From contig CM120642.1 in the NCBI GenBank assembly GCA_051362555.1, forward strand, positions 11,408,001 through 11,472,000: a stretch of DNA of 64,000 bases. The letters run 5' to 3'. The DNA is from Lingula anatina. Taxonomy: Eukaryota > Animalia > Brachiopoda. This document shows, piece after piece, positions 52,804 to 64,000 of the stretch (positions are counted from its first letter, which is position 1; each line of letters starts with the position of its first letter). The notes beneath the pieces were generated by a model. It saw only the letters and a program-made list of their open reading frames with translations, was not told where the DNA came from and made no database searches. The position numbers and the translations under genes are program-made.

Positions 52804-54844
52804 CTATTTTATTTCCACTTCAGTGTCGACAAGCAGTCTCCATTCGGATCCTGACACTTCTGTAAGCGCACCCAGACCATCGCACAATTTGAATGCCATT
52901 GTGGCCTTCTCGCCACCGGATGGGGTGAAATCTACTTCCCCAAATAGCATGAGAACGGCCGAGTCGTCTTCCTTTTTCCGCACGATAGCGCCACTGTCAC
53001 CAGGCTCGCAAAAAATCTCATTATTATAAATGTGCTCCAGAAATACGACATTCTCAATCCCAGTACTAAATTGCGTGAAATCTCTACCGTTGATCCTACT
53101 TTCTGTGCGACCCGTCGTTGCTCCAATTTTGTACATAACTTTTTCAGACAGCAGCTTCACATCAGACTTCCATACCTGCAGTAAACAAAGATTGTGAAGG
53201 GCGACGTAATCCAAAGCGCAGTCGTCCATTATTTTCAGTCCACAGGCTTTCAAGGCTGTTATATCTACCCACGGAAAATTGCCTGAATTTCTGTCATTGA
53301 CGAGATACCCACAAACGCATGTAATTTCTTGATCATTTGTTAAATGTACGATAAATGAGTCTTTGTCTTTATCTTTAACGCCGTGTCCTGCACTAAGAAG
53401 GTACACTTCACCTTCTGTCCCAGTTGTTGCGTATGCCCCTAATGTCATGTAGCTTTCGCGATCGGAGTCCTCTTTTTTAGGTATGTTTAATTTAGCACCT
53501 GAGCTTGGCGGATAATTATAAAATGTTATCTTAACAGGAGACTCTGCAAATACCACGTCACAGTCAGTTTTATCTATATTGCCGTGAGTCTCCACCAATG
53601 ATTTCACCATCTCCTCTACTTCTTCATTTGTTTTTCCCTCGCACATGCTAAGACAGACGTGAACTCTGAGTCGGTTGTTCCAGATCTCCATGCAGTCGAT
53701 AAACTTGAACCTAGTAAAGATGGAGACAGAGACATTTTATTGTAACAATAAAAATAAAACAATACTTGGTAAAGCAATAAACAGTTGGCCTACCACCAGC
53801 AACTATTGCAAGTGTAACGTGACTTCATGAAACGTAATTTGCTTTAGTTTTCCAACGGAATATTTCACATATCACTTCTATTTTCATTCATATCGATTAT
53901 ACTGAAATGTTTTACTTTAAAACAAACTATTTATACAGAAAAGACATTTTTAAAATGTAACTTTCATTAATTTTTCAAATGTATTTATTTCTTAAAAAAG
54001 AAAAGTCGTACTTCCTCAGTTCATCCTTCAGGATCTTTGGAATTTTTTCACATTGCGCCACATCTAACCTTTCCACAGTGTGAATGCCAGGTGCATCTTT
54101 GGGGGATGCAGGATTGCATGTGCCCAAACCACTGGAAAGAGAGTGAAACGCTTGTTTCTTTTATCTACTTTGTGGGCATTGTTTGAGTTCAATATATCGC
54201 GTGAGAGAGAGAGAGAGAGAGAGAGAGAAAGAAAGTCTGTGCACATCGATGAAGTTGCAGGGTTCTCTATATGAACGATTTGATCCAACCTTTACATTAA
54301 AGTTACAATGTCTTTGTACTAAAACTATAACATACACCAAAACATGTATAAAAGTTAACATGTGATGATATAACAGAGTTTAAATTGGGAAGACAGAGAG
54401 AAGGTTTAATATCACCTTCGACCATTCCCTGGTGATTTGAGAAGGGCTCCCCTCTCCATACATTCCTTGCGAAAGTCAGTGCTACCCCACTATGTCCATT
54501 TCCACGGATCCGATGTAAGTACTAAATAGTTCATTATTTCATTATTAACATTAACATTTACCTTGAATTAATTTCTTCATTGCGGAAAGGAGGGCCGACT
54601 TTGGGTAATCTATGACTACGGGTTTTCGGCGTATCCTGATTATCAGAGAGACCAACACTGGTAGATTTGCAGCTTTCAGGTGCCTTCCTCAGGGCTTTTA
54701 CTACAACGAAACAAGGACAACTTTTTTTATTTGCAATACGCTCATTGTGATGTTATTACTGATATCATCCAGAATATGTCATAATACGATGTCCAAACCA
54801 GTTACAGAAAAGTAAGCTTCAGTTATTAAGTCACCTGATGTGAG

Positions 54845-54916
<72 letters not shown>

Positions 54917-57900
54917 GTGGGGTTTTAGAGGGGAGAGGGGTCAGGGGGGACCTGTTCCCCCCCTTCGATTACTGAAAAAAAATCACACCACTAGCTGAAT
55001 CATAGTTCTAAACCGTACCAAATGGCACCGTTTGCCCTCCAAAATACCAAAAATTTTCGGGGTCCTTCAACGAGTCCTGAAGGGGGGAAGGGGGGGGGGG
55101 AGGGCCGGCTTTGCATATCAGACCCCCTTTTCAATAATACTGGATCCGCCCCTGTATATTTCTTTCGGTTGTTTTTTCAAACGATATCGCAAGACGTCTT
55201 CAGAGACGACAAACGCAGTTGGGTATGTGGATCTCCAATCATAGAGACAAGGTGAATTTTTCATGACGATTTCTTTAAAATTCAAATATCTGAAGAAAGA
55301 TTAATTTTATTATTTTTATCAAATTTGCAACCTGAGAGTTGGATAATCACTGCATCATAGTAGAAAAAAAACAGTAGACAATAAGAATAAAGGAATATTA
55401 AAAGACACATATAAACAAATTTAAAACAAAATAACTAAAAGGTTAAAAAAGAAATAAAAGTCTATCTGTTAATATTGAAACTTGTATATGGCACTGGTTA
55501 AAAAGTCACTCATTAATCGTTCTGTATTAATTTTAGGTCTTTTGAATGTCTCCTGCTCTCTTATGAATATTTGGCATTTTGTTTTGGTTGTAAAAGATAA
55601 TGCAATCTATGATCCGGTTCATTTGATATCCTAATAAACAATTAATGCGTTTTATCTTCGAGACTACAAATAAAGAACTGACTTTAATGTGTAATACTTA
55701 CAGATATAATTGCTCGTCCAGTGTATGTAGGCCATGAACGCAGCTATTAACACAAATATCACAACAAATATCACAACAAGTGCAATGGTCAATGGACGTA
55801 ATGCATGTAGCCATTTGATCAAAATATCCGGTGAATTGTCATCGGTATCCGCTACAGTGTTCAAGATTAAAAAAAAAGAAAACTGTTAGGTACAGTATAA
55901 GCTTATATAACCAACATGTTATAACTTCACTCAGCAAATACAGAATGTAGTAAATTGCAGTCAGTAACGTAAAGCATAAAAACAAAAACTTTTCTAGGCA
56001 TTCTACCCACTTTCCAAAATAAAATGACTGTTTCCTTCCCTGTTCCATGGCTCGAATGAAAAAATGCTGATTAACAGCCCCACAGAAAAGTACATAAAAT
56101 GCCTCAAAATGGGTCATATTTTCAGAAAACAAAAATGGAAAATGTCCTTGCAACTTTAATTTGAACCCCAGCCCCATTTTAACATGCTGGATAAACCAGT
56201 GACATGGGAGTAACAATGCATAATCTGCATTACATTTCTGTATTACATCTCTTTATGTAATGCAAAGTAAAAAAATTGACTATATAGCGCATGATAGCGC
56301 ATGGTTATTGTTAAGTAAACCTTACAAGATTTTTCTTTCACTGAAAGCTCCATGTCCTTCTGTGTGGAAATTGTGCCAAAAGCCACGGCTGAAAACGCGA
56401 GAGTCGTACAAGTTGGTATGGCTGACATGTTGGTTGTGTATTTCGATGTGTTCCTTGGGTGTATCCTTCCTAGTTCGACACCGTTTTCACTACTTATAAA
56501 AACAAGTAAAAACAAGTAGCTTTATAGTATGACATGAAACGGAGTGTATTAGAAGTTAAACAACGTGTTTACCTTTAAATACATTACAAGCGCAAAAGCA
56601 CACGCATATAAAACGTATCAAATGAGTTATAACTCGGCACTTCAACTCATTTACATACATAAAGTGTTATTACAGTTAAATGCATGGTGTTGAACTTTGT
56701 GTGCATTTTTTTTTTTTTTACCTGAAAGCCTTGTTCGTCCATTTAATACATTTTTATGTTCATAAAATGTTTATGCTCATAAAAAAACGTCCAGGACAAT
56801 CAAATTACTCTTTAGGCTTGAGGCTACTACGTGTTGTCATATTTGGACAAATGTTATTTTTTTTACTTAGTAAGTCAGTTACACATACATATATACGCGC
56901 CATTTGATTTCAAACCAGCGAAAGAATGTTCAAAACAGAATATAGAGCCATTAAATCTTATAGTGTGTAATATATCCTAAACTTTAAAGAATCATATCTA
57001 ATTAAGTCGCCTTTTTTTCTGGAATATTTGTCAAATATTTGACATAATTTTGACTTACAAAGAGGTGTTCACTGCCTGGCATACTGTGTCCGAGTATATT
57101 GTACACTGCTGGACTACAACTTCGTTAGCGCCACACACCCGGCAAGACTTGCATAAGTAATCGAACTGCTCATTAAAAGTTTCTTTAGCGATGCATGGCT
57201 TGCACTTTTCTTTGCATGGATCCTGAAACAATGATTGACAACAGATTACATAATAAATATTTCAAAAAGATCCGATAATGTAATTTTAATTACATTATTT
57301 TAATTTATTGTGGTTAAAACCACAATAGCTCAGACGTAGAAGGCCAATTCGTTGTGTACAGCTGTGTCTAGAGAGTTTTTTAACGGAAGACGCCCCAGTC
57401 TCACCCTCTACCAGGGCCGCAGAGATATGTCTCAGCTAAATGAAAGAACTTTTCTCCACTCGCGTCAGAAAAAAGTTCACACAATTATCTGCAATCCTGG
57501 TAGAGGGTATCGCAGCCTTAAGTTTCGGAAAACGCGGAAATCTGAGCAATTCTCAGCTTATTGAACAGATGATGGAGGAGAATTCAAAGGATGGTTGTCT
57601 TCAAGCGGTTGTTTTCCAAAGTTATGACTAAAACATTTTAAGTTTAAAAAATTTAAACTTACCTGTGTGTTCAGATTTTTTCCTTTCCCTTTATGACACT
57701 TGCAGGGTCTACAGCAACCATTATGATCTATCTTATGCCAAGGCTGGCAGGGAGGGAGCGCGCGGCCTTGAAGACCACATGGCCCCGGTTGTGGTCTTAC
57801 AGTGCTCCTTCGCACAGGTGATGGGGTCCCAAGCGCGGCCTAAAGTTTAAAAATCAGTACAGGGACCAAGCCTTTGCTTATATCTCAAAGGTAGTCACAT

Positions 57901-59688
57901 ATCTTTTAAAGAAAAATGAGATCATTACGAGGATAACAAGGCACAGCAAAGTTGTCAAATGTACAGTCAAAAAGCAGGAAATAATGACAGACAAAAAAGG
58001 TATTTTTTTCAAATTTGATGCAATATTTCATGATATGTAACAGCAAATTCAACACCAAATTTTAATGATGAAGAGCAGGTTATACGAATGTTATGATATG
58101 TAACGGGCATAAGGCTTTAGGCACATGAGAGTTCACATGTAAGCATAGAAATGCCAGAATGATAAAAATTAAAAACATCATACATAATTCAAAATGATAA
58201 TAATAATAATCCAATCAAGGCAAGCAGGTTTTCCAATTTCAACTTTATGTCAGTCCTAAGAATTATTCTTATAGCTTAGAAATTATAATAAGTGACACAG
58301 TTTTTCCCTTCATCGCGTTTGTGATGGCAGTGCACTAAATAGACGTGTTGTAAATTCTGATGCAATGTCACATAATGATTAACAGCTTAATCACCACCGA
58401 TTTTATTTAACTACTATACTTATCATAGGCATATAGAAAATGCAACTACCATATGGCATTAAGCCCATGGGAGTTCTAAGGGCGCTTTCTAAAATGATGA
58501 TCAACGGGTTAACTGATCCACGGACTACATTTGGCCGACCCCCTTTAAACGCAAGCCGTCAAATCCCCTGATGGTCTCCCCGCCACATGCGGCATTAAAT
58601 GGGCCAAATCTTGGCTTTAAGACGGGGAGGCAAGCTTGTTTTTAAGTGGAGTTGGCCACATTTAGTCTGAGGATCACTTAGTCTGTGGATCATCTGTTCT
58701 GAAAGCTATACAAGGCAAACATTGAAAATACAAATATGTGAAAAAAGAACATTCCAACAGACGCAATTCTCCAAGAACGACAAGAAGAAGCTGTATTACA
58801 GTCCCATAAACATTTTTTGTAAGTTTTAAGAATCATAAGTAACACGGTTTTCCTTTAACAGTCATAACACGGCATTTGATACAATATTACATATTGCCAA
58901 CTTATTTTTAATAATATGATAAAAGTATCATGGATATTCAGACAATGTGACCAACAATTGCCCTAAGCCCATGGAACTCCAACGCGCACTTCGTCCTTGG
59001 TATAACATATGATTATAATAGTAAAAAATAGCATAACTTTTGGAAAAAAGGCCCAATCAATCTAGTTTCCAAACTCCGCCTGTATATTTGTAATATTGAA
59101 CTATCGTATATGTTAGAAGACAATAGGACTATAAGTTTGCCCTAAATTTTTTATTTTTATTGCATAAGTATAATATAGTCTGTAAACAAAACCCCATCAG
59201 GCTGTAACGAGCTGTATCTAAGTCTTATTCATTATTCCTGTAAGTTTGAAGACAATAGGTCAAATGGTTTTTCCCTGTAATGTGGTATCAGTATTGAATA
59301 TAGTATAATATATTCAGAAAAAAAAAATAATAAAAATAAAATAAAAATAAAAATAAAAAAACAGCATAACTTCAAGAAAAAAGGTCTAATCAAGCTGATT
59401 TTCAAATGTGACATGTATTTTAGTAATATTGATAACTCCTGTAGGTTTGGAGACAAAACGCCGGTCGGAATATTAGATCTTAGGTTTACTTTAAAATATG
59501 TATCTGTATTTCATAAAGTACAATATTTGATTTGATGGCAACTATTTCAAACTGAAAATAATTAAATGAATCGGATAATAAGGAATATAAACGAAATGCT
59601 AGCGAACAAAGTTGAGAAATAATTATACAAATTTGCAAGTTTGTCTTACCAGAAAGCAGAAAACCAACGCCAAACACTTTAAGTCCAT
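52804..59688 (-). CDS. Predicted type I membrane protein: signal peptide + 2 TNFR-type cysteine-rich domains + TM + cytoplasmic trypsin-like serine protease (~619 aa)
   Basis: Exons 59688-59650, 57839-57663, 57222-57059, 56489(or 56492)-56326, 55851-55702, 54700-54562, 54131-54012, 53710-52804. All GT-AG; phases 0,0,2,1,1,2,2 give one open frame of 1860 nt. Triad motifs SAGH (53385), VDIT (53265), GDSG (52995). Probable 5'UTR exon ending at donor 60556. Confidence 0.72.
54203..54227. repeat. (GA)n microsatellite
   Basis: Direct reading. Confidence 0.95.
54847..55154. mobile_element. (TA)n tract abutting a CAG-terminus MITE (54915-55154)
   Basis: Ends CAGTGGGGTTTTAG ... CTGGATCCGCCCCTG, flanked by TATATT on both sides; same right terminus as the element at 8622-8789. 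Confidence 0.65.
57935..59460. repeat. Diverged copy of the 26.7-29.7 kb repeat family, in the first coding intron of the TNFR-protease gene
   Basis: acaaggcacagcaaagttgtcaaatgtacag..aaaaagcaggaaataa (57937) matches 26741; ctgatgcaatgtcacataatgattaacagc and cagcataactt..aatcaagctgattttc match the unit motifs at 27-29 kb. Confidence 0.7.
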
Positions 59689-61387
59689 TCTTCCCTGAAA
59701 TAGGAAAAAAAAATATTTCATTATATTTCATGTATATTTTTCAAACCACAGGTCATTTTCCATCACAGAAAGGAGATATTCAAATTTAAATTTAAATTTA
59801 AATTTGCTGTTTTATGAAAAGCAGAGTGTACTTTAGGTATTTAAATCCCGATATCTACGATTTGAATGGTTCACATGTATGGGAGGTAATGCACAACAAT
59901 GCGTCTTCTTAAACCATCAAAATTTGTGACGAAGAGCAATTTTGTTTTTTCTCTAGTGTGTTTGCAGTAAATCATCCCTAAGATCACCAAAAAACTTGAC
60001 AATAGGATTATTATTCTGAGAGCTTTCTTTTCCATTCGGCACAGCTGCAAAACGCAGATTTAAGCGCTGTTTTAGTGTCATTTTCGGCTAAGAATTAAAA
60101 AGTTTAAAATGCACATCAATGTTTTGAAACATAAAATTGTTTTTTTATAACTTGGAAAATCCATCCCCTTCCACACGATTGTAATCCAACAAATGGGAAT
60201 ATTTTAACAGACTTTTAAAGATAATAACCCATTGCTGTCACCCATTGTTGACGTGTAAATATACCGGTATTTAGACTAATTATGTAAAAGCGCTAAACAT
60301 CACACCCTTACCAAATAAGAGAATGTGTATTGACGAATAGCTTAAAAGGGTAAGTTGTGGAAAAAAAGAGAATCTCTGGGATGCTTCATGGTATTTGAAT
60401 GTGACATGATAAATAAAAGGAGTCTTATGATTGGAATTTAAGGATATACGAATAAATTGTTTGAGCCTCAAAATGTGTAGGTTCTCTCTTACTGCCTTTA
60501 AGGACAATGCACAGGGTAAAATCCAGTTTTCGGTTTTGAGAGAAATAGCACTTACACTGTACCGGTACACTAGAAGAGCGCGAGTGAGTGCTGATACACA
60601 ACCAAGCCAAGCCCCCCCCCCCCCCCCCCCAAAAAAAAAAAAAAAAAAAAAAAAAAAGGCTAAGATCAGACTAGACTTATTACCGACATTATAGGCCTTC
60701 CTATTGGTTAAAAGGTATAAATTGTTCAGAAAGGACAAAGATTTATGCTTTTTACTGGCGGCTATAGAGTATTTGGCACATTTAGTGTGGTTAACGGCCT
60801 TCAATATTTATTATTTTATACTTATTTTACAACATCTACGAACAGAAATTACACTTGCTGTCGGAGACAATTTCGGTAAGTTAACGTAATAACTTGTTTG
60901 TAATTGTAGTTCGTAATTCCTTATAATACGTTATGTAAAGTCTAAAGAGGTTATGTAAGCTTGTTTACTAATCTGAATAAGAAGTTAAATCCGTGAAGTA
61001 ATTGTCTTGATTTGATACTAAAGAGTGAGATTCCCCACATATCGTTAGAATGTACCTGAGCAAGCAACGAGTGAACATTACATGACTGAAACTGGTTATT
61101 TTTGTCAGCGTTGGATTTCTTCATAGCGTAAATATTTTGACCACGAACCTAGGAAGTGATATTAACGCGTCATCCAACCTAAAAGTTTACAAAGTTGTCT
61201 ATATTCCGAGCCTGTTTGTAATTTTATGCATTGCTAAATTTTGCGCGGTTCTAGACATCGCGAAAATGGAAATGGTTTGAAATGAAATCGAGGGGCATCT
61301 TAGACAAAATGTCAATCTATCAAAGTGAGCCGTCATAATCTTCCAGCATGATGTGCTTCCCAACTCCCAACAACAGCCCTTACCCAT

Positions 61388-61809
61388 TCACTTTTCTTTT
61401 CTGATCGGTTTAATTCCTCGAGAAGCCATTTCATGTCTATTATCTTTTACTTAATTTTAATAACGACTATCTCTACTAGTATAAAATCATGCAGTCGACT
61501 TGAGCCCATTAAATCATTCGATATTCGGGATAGAAGACATAGCTGTGAAACTCGAAATTTTCGTATGCCAGTTTTAACCAACGGTAGGCTATTCATTTGA
61601 CGTCATACAGTTTATATATAGTCAGCTTAATGACAAATCCTGAGGTTGACGGAGGGAATTTCTCGCAAGTCTTACCTCTCCCATTCAGACACACGTAAAA
61701 ATGTTTCTTTCAATTTTAAAATTACTGTTTTCTTGAATCTCCCTGGCAGTAGCTGAAATCCATGTATTCCAATGGTAAATGGTGGCCACCTTGGATTTTT
61801 TTTATCATC
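61388..61809 (-). CDS. Possible last two coding exons of an unidentified gene starting further right
   Basis: Exon 61809-61676 (tttcag| DDKKNPRWPPFTIGIHGFQLLPGRFKKTVILKLKETFLRVSEWE |gtaag) is phase-compatible with 61436-61388 (RHEMASRGIKPIRKEK*). No recognisable domain. Confidence 0.3.
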
Positions 61810-64000
61810 CTGAAACATGCTTATTACCCAACAGAAATATATTAAAAGAGTAATAAAGGAGAGGAAAACACTGAGAAAAAAACTTAATTTGACAATGGAC
61901 ACAGTGTCTACCTAACAATCGTAAGAGCCCATGTCCGATTTCAAATTTTCTCAAAATACCCAAGGTTACTCACTGAAATGCATTTGTAACCCACCAGAAT
62001 GACCAGATATATATCAAAAGGATAATAAGGGTTTGGAAAACTCTTTGAAAAAAACTTTAGTTGATACTAAGATCTAATATCCGTTTATTAGATCTTAGGT
62101 AGATAATAAATGTTATACCTCAGGAATTTTTATAGTTCAAACCCAATAACAATTATGGTGAATAATTGTGTTTATGAAATGGCAGGGTTATAGGTTTATA
62201 AACTAAACACAGAGTGTACAGGCTGTGGCTGGTTTTATCATAGTGGACTAGAGTCTACTTAAACTATTTTATCAGGTACACTTGAAAATCACTAAATTTA
62301 TAATTTTATTAAAATTTTATTTTTAGCCCTCCACCATCCCCTATCACCCGGCCAATGTTTTTGCCAACTTTTTGCTCTATTGTATGGGGTTTGTACGTGT
62401 GATCATTTAATTTTACGTTGTTACTATCCCCATCTTGTAACTTAGTATCGTATTACATTTCGTCATTTTAATAAATGACAATATCAGTCATATGGACTTA
62501 TTTTTTATTTGATTTTGAGCAAAATCTGAGCTTCGTTGTGCTTGTGAACATTTGACTTCATAAATAAATTTCTAAAGAAAATGGCAGCCATCTGGCATTT
62601 TCTCAAAAATGCCATCTGGCATTTTTCTGAGGGAAACACAATCTACCATAGACGTATAATAGGGGTAATGAAGATATGGAAAACACTGATAACAATCTAA
62701 ATTTGATAATGGGCACTATATCCCCCTGGTTGTAGTTGAAACCCCTGCCGTCCACATACTCTTATGGCATTGGAGGCCATCTTTTTTTTCATATTTTCCC
62801 CGGCTAGGATTTCTTAGGACTATTAGCATGTCATTTTGGGGACTTCATAGGAAAGCAATGTGGTAAAATAAAAACTGTTGCAATTACTTTCCAAATTGGT
62901 CCTATAATGGATTAGATTGCGAATATTCTACTTGACGCTTAACGTCGAGCATGGAATAGCAAATGTACCAATAACCTCATAAAATGGAAATTAAGTGTAT
63001 AGACTTACTTGCAAGATTGGATGATATTTTGGCGATCTTTCTCCCTCCAATGTCCTCAAAATATCTGCCGGTTAAAAAAATCAATCGAGTGAAAACAAAT
63101 AAGTGCCCATTCGCACTACTTTTTCAAGAAGAAAAAAAAGATACAGAATATGTTCGATATAACAATAAGATATTATAATTAAATTTAGTCTCAAAATTAG
63201 GATGGCAAAAGGGTAATGCAAGTTGTAAATTTAGAAGTTAATTCTTTGTATATGTTAATCACAGGCGGATGGAAATGTCAAAAGTACAGGTACTTCGCGT
63301 CGATAGATTTATTCTGTAATCAATAACTGTTGTTATAACTGCTGAATAATATTTTTAAGTTGGCAAGTTGGGGTGACGCCATATAAAAAACATGGTCTTG
63401 ACTTCTATGTTAAATTTCTTGGTCGGTGTGCAGCAGTGAGCATCAAACTTTAAAAGGCTTCTCTTCTAAAAAAGTCGCCACACGAATTCTTCTAAAAAGT
63501 TTCATTTTCCAAAATTTATGAATACAAAGCAAAACACGATGCATATTCTAAGCCGAAAGCGTGCTCAAAAGATTGGTGCCATGTTGCCCATGCCCGAATA
63601 TTTTCCCCAGTATCGTGGACGTGAGATATATAAGGGGAAGAGCATCGCAAAAGGAGACTTACAATGCAAAGGTTTGGAGGGTATTCTCCATATAAGTACC
63701 ATATTTATGTTCAGATACATTAGTAACATGGTCCTTTTTTATATTGTTTAAGCAAGTTAAACAATGCACAGGCCATGTATAGTAACATACATTGTCAAGT
63801 CTGTTTTTATAACAATACTGACATCATAACACCCAGAACTCCGCACGTGCTGGCGAAACGGCCTAATAATCTTTTAAAACTTCATGAAAATGCATGTGCT
63901 AACATCGTAAAAAATGGACCGATTTAACTACAAATCAATTAAAAATATTCTCTTTTGTATTTGCCACTATCGGTCTTTATTTCCATACGTTCATTGAAAC

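Noticed and set aside
52182-52804. Functional link between SREBP (activated by proteolysis) and the adjacent convergent receptor protease
   Set aside because: Adjacency is the only evidence, and SREBP retains its own site-1-like and site-2 cleavage motifs.
54835-55289. A possible coding exon (YLNFKEIVMKNSP...KEI + YNLTS) interrupted by the MITE/(TA)n insertion
   Set aside because: Not needed: the TM exon splices in phase directly to 54700. No phase-compatible upstream exon was found, and the frame stops inside the MITE.
60280-60804. 174-aa ORF and the overlapping PPPPKKKK ORF
   Set aside because: Driven by C and A homopolymer runs in a probable promoter region; no domain or splice support.

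Overview
AT-rich, intron-rich animal genomic DNA, probably a marine invertebrate (lophotrochozoan-like; the species cannot be determined from sequence). Gene models were assembled by hand from GT-AG sites and codon phase. In order, the window holds: three SLC22 organic-cation-transporter paralogues (+ partial, -, +); a GH18 chitinase with an altered catalytic motif and no chitin-binding domain (-), head-to-head with a membrane-anchored mucin-stalk/3x CBM14 protein (+); a repeat block; SUPT7L (-) head-to-head with TTC29 (+); SQSTM1/p62 (-, apparent 1-nt frameshift in the UBA domain) head-to-head with SREBP (+, carrying intronic miR-33); and several MITE families. The most notable feature, missed by the ORF track, is an 8-coding-exon minus-strand gene (59688..52804, about 619 aa). 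It joins a signal peptide, two TNF-receptor-type cysteine-rich domains and a transmembrane helix to a cytoplasmic trypsin-fold serine protease domain (Nal1/Ssy5/alpha-lytic-like, intact His-Asp-Ser), i.e. a candidate 'receptor protease'. All models are predictions without transcript or database support.
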